Below are positions 30,616 to 39,952 of a stretch of DNA of 64,000 bases, in pieces. Every line of letters begins with the position of its first letter. Position 1 is the first letter of the stretch. Origin of the DNA: an uncultured bacterium (GTDB taxonomy: Bacteria; Patescibacteriota; Doudnabacteria; UBA920); contig CAVVMJ010000003.1 of the NCBI GenBank assembly GCA_963749445.1, positions 64,715 to 128,714 on the forward strand, given 5' to 3'. A program made the position numbers and the translations under genes. The notes under the pieces are model-generated. The model did not search any database. It was not told the DNA's origin and saw only the letters and a program-made list of their open reading frames with translations.

Positions 30616-30713
30616 AAATACCAAACCGACATAAACCGTCCGGCCAAGTTATGCTGGGGAATTAAAGAGGCGCTTTTTAAATTCTAGTGGCTGGCGATAG
30701 GTATTTTCCCTTA

Positions 30714-31046
30714 CTACTTTTCGGCAGAAGGAGCCAGTTCAATTTCAATCTCCGTCGCTTTGTTTTTTCCCGCAGCCAAACCTTTGGGAAGGCCGGTTAC
30801 TTTTGCCTGGACAGTTTCATATTCAGCGGTAAGAACAACAGTTTCCCCAGCAACCAACGTCTGTCCGCGTAGATATTTTTTTAAAGTTCCCTTGCCACCA
30901 TTGGCCCGTAATTTTTTTAACTCACTCTCGTGAACCAAAATGGAGCGGGGTTGGCCGGTTTCAGCCGCGGGCTTTGAATGCCTGTCTTCCAGAGGGTTGG
31001 AAGGAAGTATAGGATTTCCGCGTTCCGGGCCTTTTGGTTTAAACAT
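30714..31046 (-). CDS. Hypothetical protein
   Basis: 110-aa ORF. Confidence 0.55.
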   Translation of the reverse strand: MFKPKGPERGNPILPSNPLEDRHSKPAAETGQPRSILVHESELKKLRANGGKGTLKKYLRGQTLVAGETVVLTAEYETVQAKVTGLPKGLAAGKNKATEIEIELAPSAEK

Positions 31047-31137
31047 AAATTTTGCAACTTAAAAATATTAATTATTATAAATATTCCCGCCCAAGTTATG
31101 CTAAAAATGATTCGGTAACAAAGGACGTCTGTGCATA

Positions 31138-31489
31138 CTATGGGCGAAAGACAACTACAATGGCCGCGGCGGGGGCTTGGGGAGAGGGGAAGCGATGTTT
31201 CTATTATCCCCTCCCTGGTTAACTCCGCAATTTTGCGCGCGACCGCGGGCGCCAAAATATTTTTGCCCACTCCATGGACAATCCGGCAGCAAGGCTGCCC
31301 GGCGGCATTCATGCCCGCAACAAAACTTTCAAGCTCAACCAAAGCTTCCGCCGCCGTCTTCCCGTGCAAATCCAATTCCGGCAGCTGGCCGGACCCGTCG
31401 GCAAGCTCCGCATGACTCCGCCTCACCTGAGCCTCGCTGACCCTTTCCACCGGCGGCAAGCCTTTATTTGGATATTTATCCCTGCGCAT
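31138..31489 (-). CDS. Smr/MutS2 domain protein (frameshift near 31175)
   Basis: ELDLHGKT, IVHGVG..IL; the alternative frame gives ...AAAIVVVFRP* ending at 31138. Confidence 0.75.
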
Positions 31490-31601
31490 AATAAAATATT
31501 CTAAATCTTAATAACACCGCCTTAACCCGCCCGCCCAAGTTATGCTAGGGAATTAATGGGTTATGTCCCCATTTTCATCCAAAAATAGTTATTCCATAAA
31601 A

Positions 31602-32246
31602 CTAAACGCTATCAATATCAAATTCATCAGAAAATTCCTCTCCACCCAGTCGTTTCTTCTCCTTTATAGCAATATTAAATAATTTTATCAATTCGTTTTT
31701 TGCTTCCGTGGAATTTGGCTTTAAAAATCCAGAAGCGATTAAATCTATATTCTGCTCAACATAATTTTTCGAATATTTATAGCCCACACCTGACCCGGTT
31801 ATTATTCCCTTATGGTGACAAAGAGTCAGATCAGGTGACCAGAATAATTCATAAACTGAGTACTTGCTATCATAGGCTGTTTTACCACACAAAACAAAAC
31901 CTGCGGCATGAACATCCATTAGATTGGACATTTCTTGTTTATTTCTTTCAAGTTGAAGCAATACATCACTTTCAATAAGGTTTTTGAAATCATTGACGAT
32001 CTTTTTTAGATTCTTCCCCTTATATCCCTTAGACCTCTCAAAGTCTGAACAATATACATTCCAAAATTTGCCGTTAAACTGATTTAAACCATGATTATAA
32101 ATAATTAATGGAATATTTTTAAATTTATATATTTTGTTAAAATTATCCTGATTTTCCACCAAACTATTCGTACGTTTGATTTGTCTTCTTCGATCAGCGC
32201 AAACATATATTCCATTTTTACATAATGCGGTTAAAATTAAAGTCAT
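31602..32246 (-). CDS. Ntn-hydrolase, proteasome beta/HslV-like
   Basis: M-T-L-I start, CADRR, NKIY, TGSG pattern matching Thr1/Asp17/Lys33/Ser129. Confidence 0.65.
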   Translation of the reverse strand: MTLILTALCKNGIYVCADRRRQIKRTNSLVENQDNFNKIYKFKNIPLIIYNHGLNQFNGKFWNVYCSDFERSKGYKGKNLKKIVNDFKNLIESDVLLQLERNKQEMSNLMDVHAAGFVLCGKTAYDSKYSVYELFWSPDLTLCHHKGIITGSGVGYKYSKNYVEQNIDLIASGFLKPNSTEAKNELIKLFNIAIKEKKRLGGEEFSDEFDIDSV

Positions 32247-32885
32247 ATTTTTTTGTTGACCACTATACAAATTTTAGTATTAAGCAACCCTACACTTAAA
32301 GTAATGGGGCAATTTAATATACGATTTTTAATTAACAATATCTCTTATTCTTCTCTTAAACTCCTTTTCAATATCGTTAGAATTAATTTGTTTCCCAAAA
32401 AAGAAACATTTAGCCCTATTTTCTTTTGGAACAACATAGTCAATTAAACTTTTGCCGTAAGACGTTCCGCAATGCACTTGATGAACAAACTCCTTGCCAT
32501 ATTTGACAGGATCGTTAAAATCACAATAATATAAAACCTTGTCGCCTTTTAATTTGAAACTGTGCGAGTCTCCGTGACCAACAAAATACACTTCTTTTAT
32601 ATCTTTATCAACCATTATTTTTTCTATGTCCTCAAAACTTGCTTTTGGATAAAAAGAAAAATTTTGCTTTTTAACATTCAAGTGTTCTACAATCGCCTTG
32701 ATATCACTTTTTAAGAAGTTGTATTTAAACCAAGTTTTAAGTTTGGACCAATCAGATCGTCCTAAAACGATTACTGTCTCTGCAGGTACATTTTGATTGA
32801 ATTTTTTTAAATACCTGTTTACGAAAAAGTTATCGACTAAGCGTATCAATACAAACAAAAGTGCAACAATGAACGTAATAACTAA

Positions 32886-33583
32886 GGCTCTAGACTAGAA
32901 GATTTGTTCTGTTGTAGTCTAAAGATGTGATTAAATGGTCAAAACTGACAAAATTTCAATGGGTCAAAGTAAAACACGGTTTTTGTGATGATTTAACTGC
33001 GACCCAAACAGCTAAACTTACAGGAATTAATCGCAACACAGTTAACAAGTACTACAAACTTTTTAGGGAGAAAATCGCCAAACATCAGGAGTCGGTCAGC
33101 AATGGGTTCAGCGGCCAGGTAGAGCTGGATAAAAGTTACTTCGGTGGCAGGAATAAAGGCAGGCGGGGCAGGGGTACAGAGAAGATTCCGGTCTTTGGCA
33201 TTAAAAGGCGTAACGGTAGAGTCTACACCCAAATTATTAAGAATGCCAGTAGCGCCGAAATCAGGCCAATTATCAGGGAGTTTGTGAGGAGAGGCAGTAT
33301 TGTGTATACCGATGGTTGGCGGGCTTACGACGGATTGGTTCTGGATGGCTACAAACATTTTCGGATTAATCATCGAATTTTTCAGTACTCCGACCGTAAA
33401 GGGGCCCACGTTAACGGCATCGAAAACTTTTGGAGCTTTTCCAAACGGCGGTTGGCAAAGTTTAACGGCATTAATCCTAAAAATTTTTACCTACACCTAA
33501 AGGAATGCGAATGGCGCTACAATGAGAAGCCCGATTTGTACAAAAAACTATCATTAATTCTTAAAATCTTCTAGGCAAGAGCC
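32886..33583 (+). mobile_element. IS1595-family insertion sequence (IS1016-like, 698 bp)
   Basis: TIR GGCTCTAGACTAGAAGATTT / AAATCTTCTAGGCAAGAGCC; 7-bp TSD TAACTAA at 32879-85 and 33584-90. Confidence 0.92.
32927..33574 (+). CDS. IS1595-family DDE transposase
   Basis: HTH, VELDKSYFGG, YTDGWRAY, HVNGIENFWS, LKECEWRYN. Confidence 0.92.
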   Translation: MIKWSKLTKFQWVKVKHGFCDDLTATQTAKLTGINRNTVNKYYKLFREKIAKHQESVSNGFSGQVELDKSYFGGRNKGRRGRGTEKIPVFGIKRRNGRVYTQIIKNASSAEIRPIIREFVRRGSIVYTDGWRAYDGLVLDGYKHFRINHRIFQYSDRKGAHVNGIENFWSFSKRRLAKFNGINPKNFYLHLKECEWRYNEKPDLYKKLSLILKIF

Positions 33584-33777
33584 TAACTAATTCAAACATT
33601 ATTACAATTAATATTAATCCAATTGTTTGCATATCTAAAAATTACGTAATAAAATATATAACTATATAAGCCGTCTTTATTCTTTATTATAACAAAAAAC
33701 CGGGCTAATGTCCGATTTTTTGATAATTCTGGTTTCGGTCTCAACAGGGCAATACCCAGATCCGACCTCTGACAAAA

Positions 33778-33951
33778 TTATTTATGCTTGCGGACACCTT
33801 TAAAAAATTTGTTCCGTTTGGAATATTGATCCATGAACAAGTGAGTTTCTGTATCAATCTTAGTATACCGTTTTATTTTTGGATTCCAGACCTGAATCCT
33901 CTTTTTTACCGCACCAATTCGTCCTTTTCCCGGAGGAGGATTTATAGCCAT
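33778..33951 (-). CDS. Small basic protein (57 aa), divergent from lexA-MTase
   Basis: Below ORF-track cutoff; MAINPPPGKGRIGAVKKRIQVWNPKIKRYTKIDTETHLFMDQYSKRNKFFKGVRKHK; GAGGGTG RBS. Confidence 0.75.
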   Translation of the reverse strand: MAINPPPGKGRIGAVKKRIQVWNPKIKRYTKIDTETHLFMDQYSKRNKFFKGVRKHK

Positions 33952-34012
33952 ATTTATTCACCCTCTTTCCCTATCAATTTTTCGACCTTTAACTTAAATT
34001 TAAGACAGACTC

Positions 34013-34089
34013 TGTGGATAAACTCGTTTGACTCACTAAGTCATGTCCCCCTATAATAATAGTATAGTCGAAAATAAATCGAAAGTCAA
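34013..34089. promoter_or_regulatory. Overlapping divergent promoters with candidate operators and DnaA box
   Basis: Plus strand TTGACT-18-TATAAT (34028-57); minus strand TTGACT-17-TATACT (34089-61); TGACT-N5-AGTCA; TCGAAA x2; TGTGGATAA 34013-21. Confidence 0.65.
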
Positions 34090-34092
34090 GTT

Positions 34093-35952
34093 ATGATCAC
34101 TAAACGCCAAAAACAAACCCTAGACTTTATAATGGCTTTCAGTAAAAAGCATGGTTTTGCGCCGTCTTTGGAAGAAATAAAAAAACACTTAAGGTTGTCC
34201 TCTGTTTCAACTGCCCATCATCATGTTAAAAAGCTAGAGGAATCCGGCCTTATTTACAAACAAAGCAATCAACCCCGAGCCGTCAATCCGAAAAAACAGG
34301 CTCATAATATTGAAGTCCCGATAGTCGGCACTATCGCTGCCGGCCAACCTATAGAAGCTATTGAAGTACCGGGTGAGACAATAACTATTACCAAGGACGA
34401 AATTAGCAAACAAGGCAAACATTACGCTTTGCGCGTACAAGGTAACAGCATGATTGAGGAGGGCATTTTTGATGGCGATATTGTTGTTATTCGCAAACAA
34501 GAAATGGCTGACAATGGACAAACAGTGGTTGCTATTATTGATGATAACGAGGCGACACTAAAAAAACTATATCGGGAAAAAGATAAATTTAGACTTCAAC
34601 CAGCAAACCCAACCCTATTCCCGATTTATCGAAAAGAGGTAGAAATTCGCGGTATAGTTGTAAAAATAATCCGAACCCTTGAATCACAAATTGAGAAAGA
34701 CAAACCAAATGAAAAATATACACGACGAATAGATTACTCGTGGGATTATCGAGGGGAAAATACCAAAACATATACCCATGGAATTCATTCTTATCCTGCA
34801 ATGTTCATACCCCAAGTAGCACGTAGGTTATTGGAAACTTATAGTAAAGAAGGCGACACAATTTGTGATATTTTTTGCGGTTCCGGCTCGGCCCTTGTAG
34901 AAAGCAAAATTTTAAATAGGAATGCATATGGCATAGATTTAAACCCATTGGCAATTTTTCTTGCAAAAGCAAAAACTACCCCGATCAATCCTCAAAAATT
35001 GATGAACGAATATATTACATTGCTTGATGCAATTCCAAAAATAAAAGACACCGAAATAAAAAAACCTAATTTTAAAAATATTGATTTTTGGTTCAAAAAC
35101 AATGTTATAATAAAACTTTGTAAATTAAAAATGGCGATTCACAAAATAAAAAATGTCGCGGTGCGTAATTTTATGCTAATTGCTTTTAGCGAAACTGTGC
35201 GCTATTCCTCAAATACAAAAACTGGTGAATTCAAACTTGTGAGAATTAAAAACGGCAAATTAGAAAATCATGATCCAGATGTAATAGGCATTTTCCGTAA
35301 AAAAATAGAGACTAGTATTGCTGGGATGGGCGAATTTTATAAAGACGCGAAAAAAGACGCTTGGACAAAAATTATTTATGGGGATTCTTCAACGGATAAC
35401 GGCATAAAAGCATCTTCCATTGACTGTATCATTACCTCTCCGCCTTATGGAGACAGCCGTACGACTGTCGCTTATGGTCAATTTTCTCGGCTTTCCGCAC
35501 AATGGATAGACATTTTCGACGACCCTAATGAGGCTTCCGGTGTAGATAATGAATTGCTTGGGGGTAGGGCCACCAAAACACTAATCCATACTCTTTCATC
35601 AAATTATCTAAACGATTCGTTAGGCAAAATTACTAAACAAGACGAAACTAGGGCTAAAGATGTGCTAAGTTTTTATATCGGACTTAACGATTGCTTAAGG
35701 CAAGCTTACAAATTACTAAAGCCTAAAAAATATTTTTGCCTTGTTGTTGGCAATAGGCTTGTAAAACAGGTTCGAATTCCTACAGATTTTATTATTGCCG
35801 AGCTGGGAGAAAAAATTGGCTTTACCTGTGAAGATATTTTTGTCCGTAATATTCCAGGTAAAAGAATGCCAATAAAAAACTCCCCCACCAATATTGTAGG
35901 GGCATTAGAAGAGACAATGAACAAAGAAAGCATAGTTATTCTTAGAAAATAA
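34093..35952 (+). CDS. lexA: LexA repressor fused to N4-cytosine DNA methyltransferase
   Basis: wHTH, IAAGQP cleavage site, GNSM Ser, ATLKK Lys; then HSYPAMF, DIFCGSG, ITSPPY in one frame. Confidence 0.9.
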   Translation: MITKRQKQTLDFIMAFSKKHGFAPSLEEIKKHLRLSSVSTAHHHVKKLEESGLIYKQSNQPRAVNPKKQAHNIEVPIVGTIAAGQPIEAIEVPGETITITKDEISKQGKHYALRVQGNSMIEEGIFDGDIVVIRKQEMADNGQTVVAIIDDNEATLKKLYREKDKFRLQPANPTLFPIYRKEVEIRGIVVKIIRTLESQIEKDKPNEKYTRRIDYSWDYRGENTKTYTHGIHSYPAMFIPQVARRLLETYSKEGDTICDIFCGSGSALVESKILNRNAYGIDLNPLAIFLAKAKTTPINPQKLMNEYITLLDAIPKIKDTEIKKPNFKNIDFWFKNNVIIKLCKLKMAIHKIKNVAVRNFMLIAFSETVRYSSNTKTGEFKLVRIKNGKLENHDPDVIGIFRKKIETSIAGMGEFYKDAKKDAWTKIIYGDSSTDNGIKASSIDCIITSPPYGDSRTTVAYGQFSRLSAQWIDIFDDPNEASGVDNELLGGRATKTLIHTLSSNYLNDSLGKITKQDETRAKDVLSFYIGLNDCLRQAYKLLKPKKYFCLVVGNRLVKQVRIPTDFIIAELGEKIGFTCEDIFVRNIPGKRMPIKNSPTNIVGALEETMNKESIVILRK

Positions 35953-35967
35953 CAGCACAATCAAATT

Positions 35968-36654
35968 TTAGCTAACTATATCTCTAATAGTTTTAAAAAG
36001 GACGGGTAACTTATTTTCGTATACTCTAAATCCAGTCCCGTGGTTTCGAGCCATGGTGACTTTATCATGGAGCCTTAGGTCAACCAAAATATTTTCGGCT
36101 CTGAATTGATCGGCAAGCAAATCTGGAGATGTCCCTTTCATCAATTGAGCTCTAAAAAAATGAAAATACTCTTTACCGGCTCGTTCCTCAGAAAAAGCCG
36201 AAGCATACAATAAGGCAGGCAATTTTTGAATGAACCTTTCGGTCAATTGTTTCAACTGCCATACAGCGACGATTTCCCCGGAGATATGTCGTACGGATAT
36301 TTCACGATTTGTTACATTTAAAAACAGTCCAGCGCTGTTTGGCTTTAACGACATTGTATAATAAAGTCCAATTCTACCATTTGCATCTTTGCTGCCAAAT
36401 TTTTTTACCGCCTTTAACGGCGGCATTTTCCAAACTTTATTATTAAAAGTAAATAAGGTAATCAAATTCTGAGAATTCGATCGATGGGCTTTAAGCTCAA
36501 CCTTGTGCAAATCCGGCATGGCAATATTATTCTCTTTTAAACCCAAACTTTTTTCCAAGGTGTGTCCTATTCCAGTCGGTCCGTTTCTTTTTGAAGGAAC
36601 AAAACCTTTAGCTTTCAACAATTTGAATTTTTTGATAAATTCTGGTAATTTCAT
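35968..36654 (-). CDS. MvaI/BcnI family restriction endonuclease
   Basis: GIGHTLE..LG..ENN...PD...VELK, ITLFT, RNHGTGFR; start set at MKLPEF. Confidence 0.85.
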   Translation of the reverse strand: MKLPEFIKKFKLLKAKGFVPSKRNGPTGIGHTLEKSLGLKENNIAMPDLHKVELKAHRSNSQNLITLFTFNNKVWKMPPLKAVKKFGSKDANGRIGLYYTMSLKPNSAGLFLNVTNREISVRHISGEIVAVWQLKQLTERFIQKLPALLYASAFSEERAGKEYFHFFRAQLMKGTSPDLLADQFRAENILVDLRLHDKVTMARNHGTGFRVYENKLPVLFKTIRDIVS

Positions 36655-36655
36655 A

Positions 36656-36829
36656 TTATTTCTTATTCCTAAAATCGCGAATAACAATCCCGCCGTTAAT
36701 CTTTTTTATTACAACTCTCTGCTTTTCCCTCCAGCCGAGCGCCTCGGTCATTTCTTTGGGTAGAGTGGTGGCCAGGCTGGTTTTGCCGATTTTGAGGAGT
36801 TTTCTGACGTTTTTTTGCTTGAGTTTCAT
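36656..36829 (-). CDS. AbrB/MazE-family DNA-binding protein (57 aa)
   Basis: Below ORF-track cutoff; VRKLLKIGKTSLATTLPKEMTEALGWREKQRVVIK; ends 1 nt before the REase ATG. Confidence 0.8.
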   Translation of the reverse strand: MKLKQKNVRKLLKIGKTSLATTLPKEMTEALGWREKQRVVIKKINGGIVIRDFRNKK

Positions 36830-36946
36830 AGGTTTATTATTAGTAGTTAGTAGATAGCAGTTAGCATATAGGGCGCTGGATCCCGGCTCCCAGGCCGGGA
36901 TGACCCCGTTAAATCAAAAACAATTTAACGGGGCAAGCACAATATA

Positions 36947-36982
36947 AGTATATACCTAAGTATATACCCGAGTATATACTTT
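36947..36982. repeat. Three 12-nt-period AGTATATAC palindromic repeats
   Basis: AAGTATATACCT AAGTATATACCC GAGTATATACTT; a shorter array at 37865-37884. Confidence 0.75.
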
Positions 36983-36987
36983 TTCCA

Positions 36988-37852
36988 TTACGCCGCGGCG
37001 ACAAAAGGGGCTTCCTGGAAACTGAATCGCTCCAGTTGGGCTTTGACTATTTGCATGCTGGGGTGCTTGTCCAGCTCAGCCAACTCTTCGGGCCTGGCCA
37101 TTTCTGCCAACAGGGCGGCAACTGTTGCGGCGGGCGGCTTCAAAAAACCGCGAAATCACAAAACGCTTTTTATTCGCCAACTCCAACTGTTTGGCGTAAG
37201 CCTTATAAGTTTCCAGTTGCAGTTCCAGCTGCCGCAAAATAACTTTTTTATACAAATCCCCGCCGTCCTGCGCGTTTTGTTCCCAATCGCGCACCACGCG
37301 CGTGGCATCGGCCGCGTTTAACACCACAATTGCGTGCGGCAAATTTGGCAAAACGTCTTCGAAGCTTCCGTCAGAACTGCGAAAATATTTTACCCCCGAC
37401 AAATTACCGCCACGTATCTCCTCTTCGATTCCCTCAAACTTTTTTCCCGGGTCATGGTTATAAGTCACGTCTATAGCCAAACCCAAATGTGACATTTCCC
37501 CTTGTCCTTCCTGGATTTCCAACACGCCATCGGTATGATTTTCGTCATCGTCATAATCACTGCACATTACCATATTTACGCGATCGCCAAACCAACGGCT
37601 GTTATTTATCCGCTCAAACAACGCCGCCTCAAAGGATTCAGCCAACTTATACTCATCGGTTTCCAGGCGCTCATACCCGCTTTTCTTTTTTGCTATCTTT
37701 ACGATGTCCCTTTCCACCATCTCCCTGGAAAAACCTTTTTTACCAATAAAAGACTCCGGCTTTAAGGCATGCTCGGCGGTTACGCGGCTGGCCCTAAAAT
37801 AGGCGGATTCCAAATTTGCCGGCATTTCCGGACTATGTCTAGCTTCCTTCAT
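36988..37852 (-). CDS. Hypothetical protein, possible PD-(D/E)xK-like (frameshift near 37130)
   Basis: YDD....D...LAIDVT motif; alternative frame continues to a stop at 36988. Confidence 0.6.
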
Positions 37853-37926
37853 AATTTTTGTTATGTATACCTAAGTATATACTTTTTAAATATCAATAAA
37901 AAAGCCCTGTATAAGCTTATTTTGGC

Positions 37927-38187
37927 CTAATCTCTTTCCCGCGGCAGCCCTTTGTCGGAAACCGGCTTTGCGTGTCTATGTGAAGTTATAGGCTCGTCGC
38001 TTTCTGTTGGCAAACTGCCCTCCAGCGGCAGGTCAAGCTGCTCGGGCTCTGATTCCATCCCGGGCAAAACCCCGGTTGATTGGTCATCGGCTTCTACATG
38101 ATGATGTTTTGCCCTTCGGCCATGGCCCACAGGGTCCACAGAATATATAGGAGGCAGCTCGCTTGATGTCTCTGGCATAAAATTCAA
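37927..38187 (-). CDS. Hypothetical protein
   Basis: ORF in a co-oriented run. Confidence 0.5.
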   Translation of the reverse strand: MNFMPETSSELPPIYSVDPVGHGRRAKHHHVEADDQSTGVLPGMESEPEQLDLPLEGSLPTESDEPITSHRHAKPVSDKGLPRERD

Positions 38188-38216
38188 ATTAATTTAAGAT
38201 TATAATTCCGGCCGGC

Positions 38217-38480
38217 CTATTTTACCAGCGCGTTCCAGAGGGCGGCCAGGACCCAGCCGGCAATATAGCCGACCACAAAGGTGACAGCAACCAAAACCAA
38301 GGCCGTGCCAAAGGCAAACGGCTGGAAGGTCAATGGCATCTCCACAAAGTGCAGGTGGAGTATCCATTCCATCAGCGGCTTGGCCCAGTTTAGGGCGACC
38401 AAGATTGTCCAAGCCAAATGCGCGAGGCCGAAAAACAGCCCGACCGCCAGTCCGGCGGAATTTTTGCCGATTGTTTGCAT
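38217..38480 (-). CDS. Small membrane protein
   Basis: H..W..LVA..WA.PL..WI..LHF, 2 TM. Confidence 0.75.
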   Translation of the reverse strand: MQTIGKNSAGLAVGLFFGLAHLAWTILVALNWAKPLMEWILHLHFVEMPLTFQPFAFGTALVLVAVTFVVGYIAGWVLAALWNALVK

Positions 38481-38487
38481 AATTTTT

Positions 38488-38850
38488 TTAACGGTTAATT
38501 TTTAATTTTAGATATTCAAAATCCAGGGCCACGCAAGGCTCATTGCCGACTACCCAGGCGTCGTGGCCGGGGTCGGCCTCAAAGCCCTGGTTTGGGCCCA
38601 CAATAATTTGCGTACCGGCGGCCGCTTTTACGGCCATTTGGCCGGAAAGGACAAAACCGATGTGAGCCTGGGAACTTTTGCCGGTTTGCGGCTTTGCATG
38701 CTTAGACCATTGCCAACCCGGCAGATATTCTCCCCGGCCGATTGTCATCGTCCGCAAAACTATTACTGCCCTCTTGCTACCGTCCAAAAAAATCCGCGGC
38801 TGGGCATTGTCGCTAAAATTTTTGGCTATGATGTCTAACATAAAAATCAA
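38488..38850 (-). CDS. Cupin domain protein
   Basis: PGWQWS.H.KP, H.GFVLSG, PGHDAWVVGNEPCVALDF. Confidence 0.85.
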   Translation of the reverse strand: MIFMLDIIAKNFSDNAQPRIFLDGSKRAVIVLRTMTIGRGEYLPGWQWSKHAKPQTGKSSQAHIGFVLSGQMAVKAAAGTQIIVGPNQGFEADPGHDAWVVGNEPCVALDFEYLKLKINR

Positions 38851-39173
38851 TCTTCCTGTCCCTCAATCATAGTACTTATTCTTTTAGCTGGCTTCATTTG
38901 TGGCTGGGTTTGCATTTGTTCTTGCGGTTCATGAATAGTGGGTGTCTTTTTTGGTCTTTCCGTTGGCAGGTCGCGCCAATCTACCAGTTCCGGCTCACGG
39001 CCACGGTGCGATTGGTCAGCCTCGACAAACATTCGAGCGCGGGCATCTGGACCAATAGGTTTTTCAGGCTCAGCTACCATTGCGGCTTCCAGATCGGCCC
39101 TAGCTTTTGCTGCCCGCTCTTCCCAATACTCTTCTTCTTGCTTAAACACACTGGATTGTTCTCTGGTTGGCAT
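38847..39173 (-). CDS. Hypothetical protein
   Basis: Start set at MPTREQ, AT-rich leader shared with neighbours. Confidence 0.55.
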   Translation of the reverse strand: MPTREQSSVFKQEEEYWEERAAKARADLEAAMVAEPEKPIGPDARARMFVEADQSHRGREPELVDWRDLPTERPKKTPTIHEPQEQMQTQPQMKPAKRISTMIEGQED

Positions 39174-39195
39174 ATATTTGCAATTAAAAATAAAC

Positions 39196-39525
39196 CTAAT
39201 TAACCCGCGTTTCGGCAGGACCCATGTCAAGCGCTTCGCGGCACTTATCGCGATAATATCTTATCTGCTGGTCGAGAAAAATAATATGGGCCGGGTTACG
39301 GTCCGGCACCCAGTTATTTACCCAAACGTTAATATCTTGGTCCTTAACCCGCGCCATTGACCTTAATAACTGCAGTTGTTTAGGGTCATTGTTAATGGCA
39401 GTATCTCCGCCTTTATCTACCAACTGCCTCAATTTCTCCATGGCCTCCATAGGGCTAAGGTCTTCGAACAAATTGTCCGCATCGTGGGCCCAATCTATAC
39501 CCATAACTTCTCTGGTTTCCTTCAT
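39196..39525 (-). CDS. Hypothetical protein
   Basis: 109-aa ORF in a co-oriented run. Confidence 0.6.
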   Translation of the reverse strand: MKETREVMGIDWAHDADNLFEDLSPMEAMEKLRQLVDKGGDTAINNDPKQLQLLRSMARVKDQDINVWVNNWVPDRNPAHIIFLDQQIRYYRDKCREALDMGPAETRVN

Positions 39526-39595
39526 AAATTTGCAATTAAAAATAGCCTCACTCTTAAGGCTATTTTACCCCCAAATTAAAATTTTGGCTAATAGT

Positions 39596-39937
39596 TTACG
39601 CCGCTTTTGGCTCTTCCCAAAGTTCCCGGGTAGACACCTTTTTTATCTCAAGTTGTTTGATTCTAAAAAAATTTTCAAGACTGCCGGTCATATCTTCTGT
39701 GGCACCAGGAAAATACAAATACAAGCCGCATCTATTGACTGGATCGTAATCATCACTAGCGCCTCCGTAAGCCGAGGGGCTAAAAATACTCCCACGATTT
39801 TGTTGCTCGATCTTAACCGCGTCGTAAGCCTTTTCCTTTTCCGCCTCGCTATTGAATATTACCCAATACTCCTTAGGGACATGTTCCCGATATTCCCCCG
39901 AAGCCCGAGTTCCGGGCATTTCATGGACTTGCGCCAT
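39596..39937 (-). CDS. Hypothetical protein
   Basis: 113-aa ORF in a co-oriented run. Confidence 0.6.
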   Translation of the reverse strand: MAQVHEMPGTRASGEYREHVPKEYWVIFNSEAEKEKAYDAVKIEQQNRGSIFSPSAYGGASDDYDPVNRCGLYLYFPGATEDMTGSLENFFRIKQLEIKKVSTRELWEEPKAA

Positions 39938-39952
39938 AAATTTTGTGATTAG

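Larger units (their letters stand above)
32328..33632 (-). pseudogene. Membrane-anchored caspase/CHAT-like protein interrupted by IS
   Basis: Removing the IS and one TSD joins MQTIGLILIVIMFELV (33632-33584) in frame to ITFIVALLFVLIR...; YFVGHG and QVHCG motifs. Confidence 0.75.

Noticed and set aside
30643-31556. GTTATGC/GCATAAC motifs as integron attC sites
   Set aside because: No paired R''/R' boxes with a long hairpin at suitable distance, and no integrase in the window.
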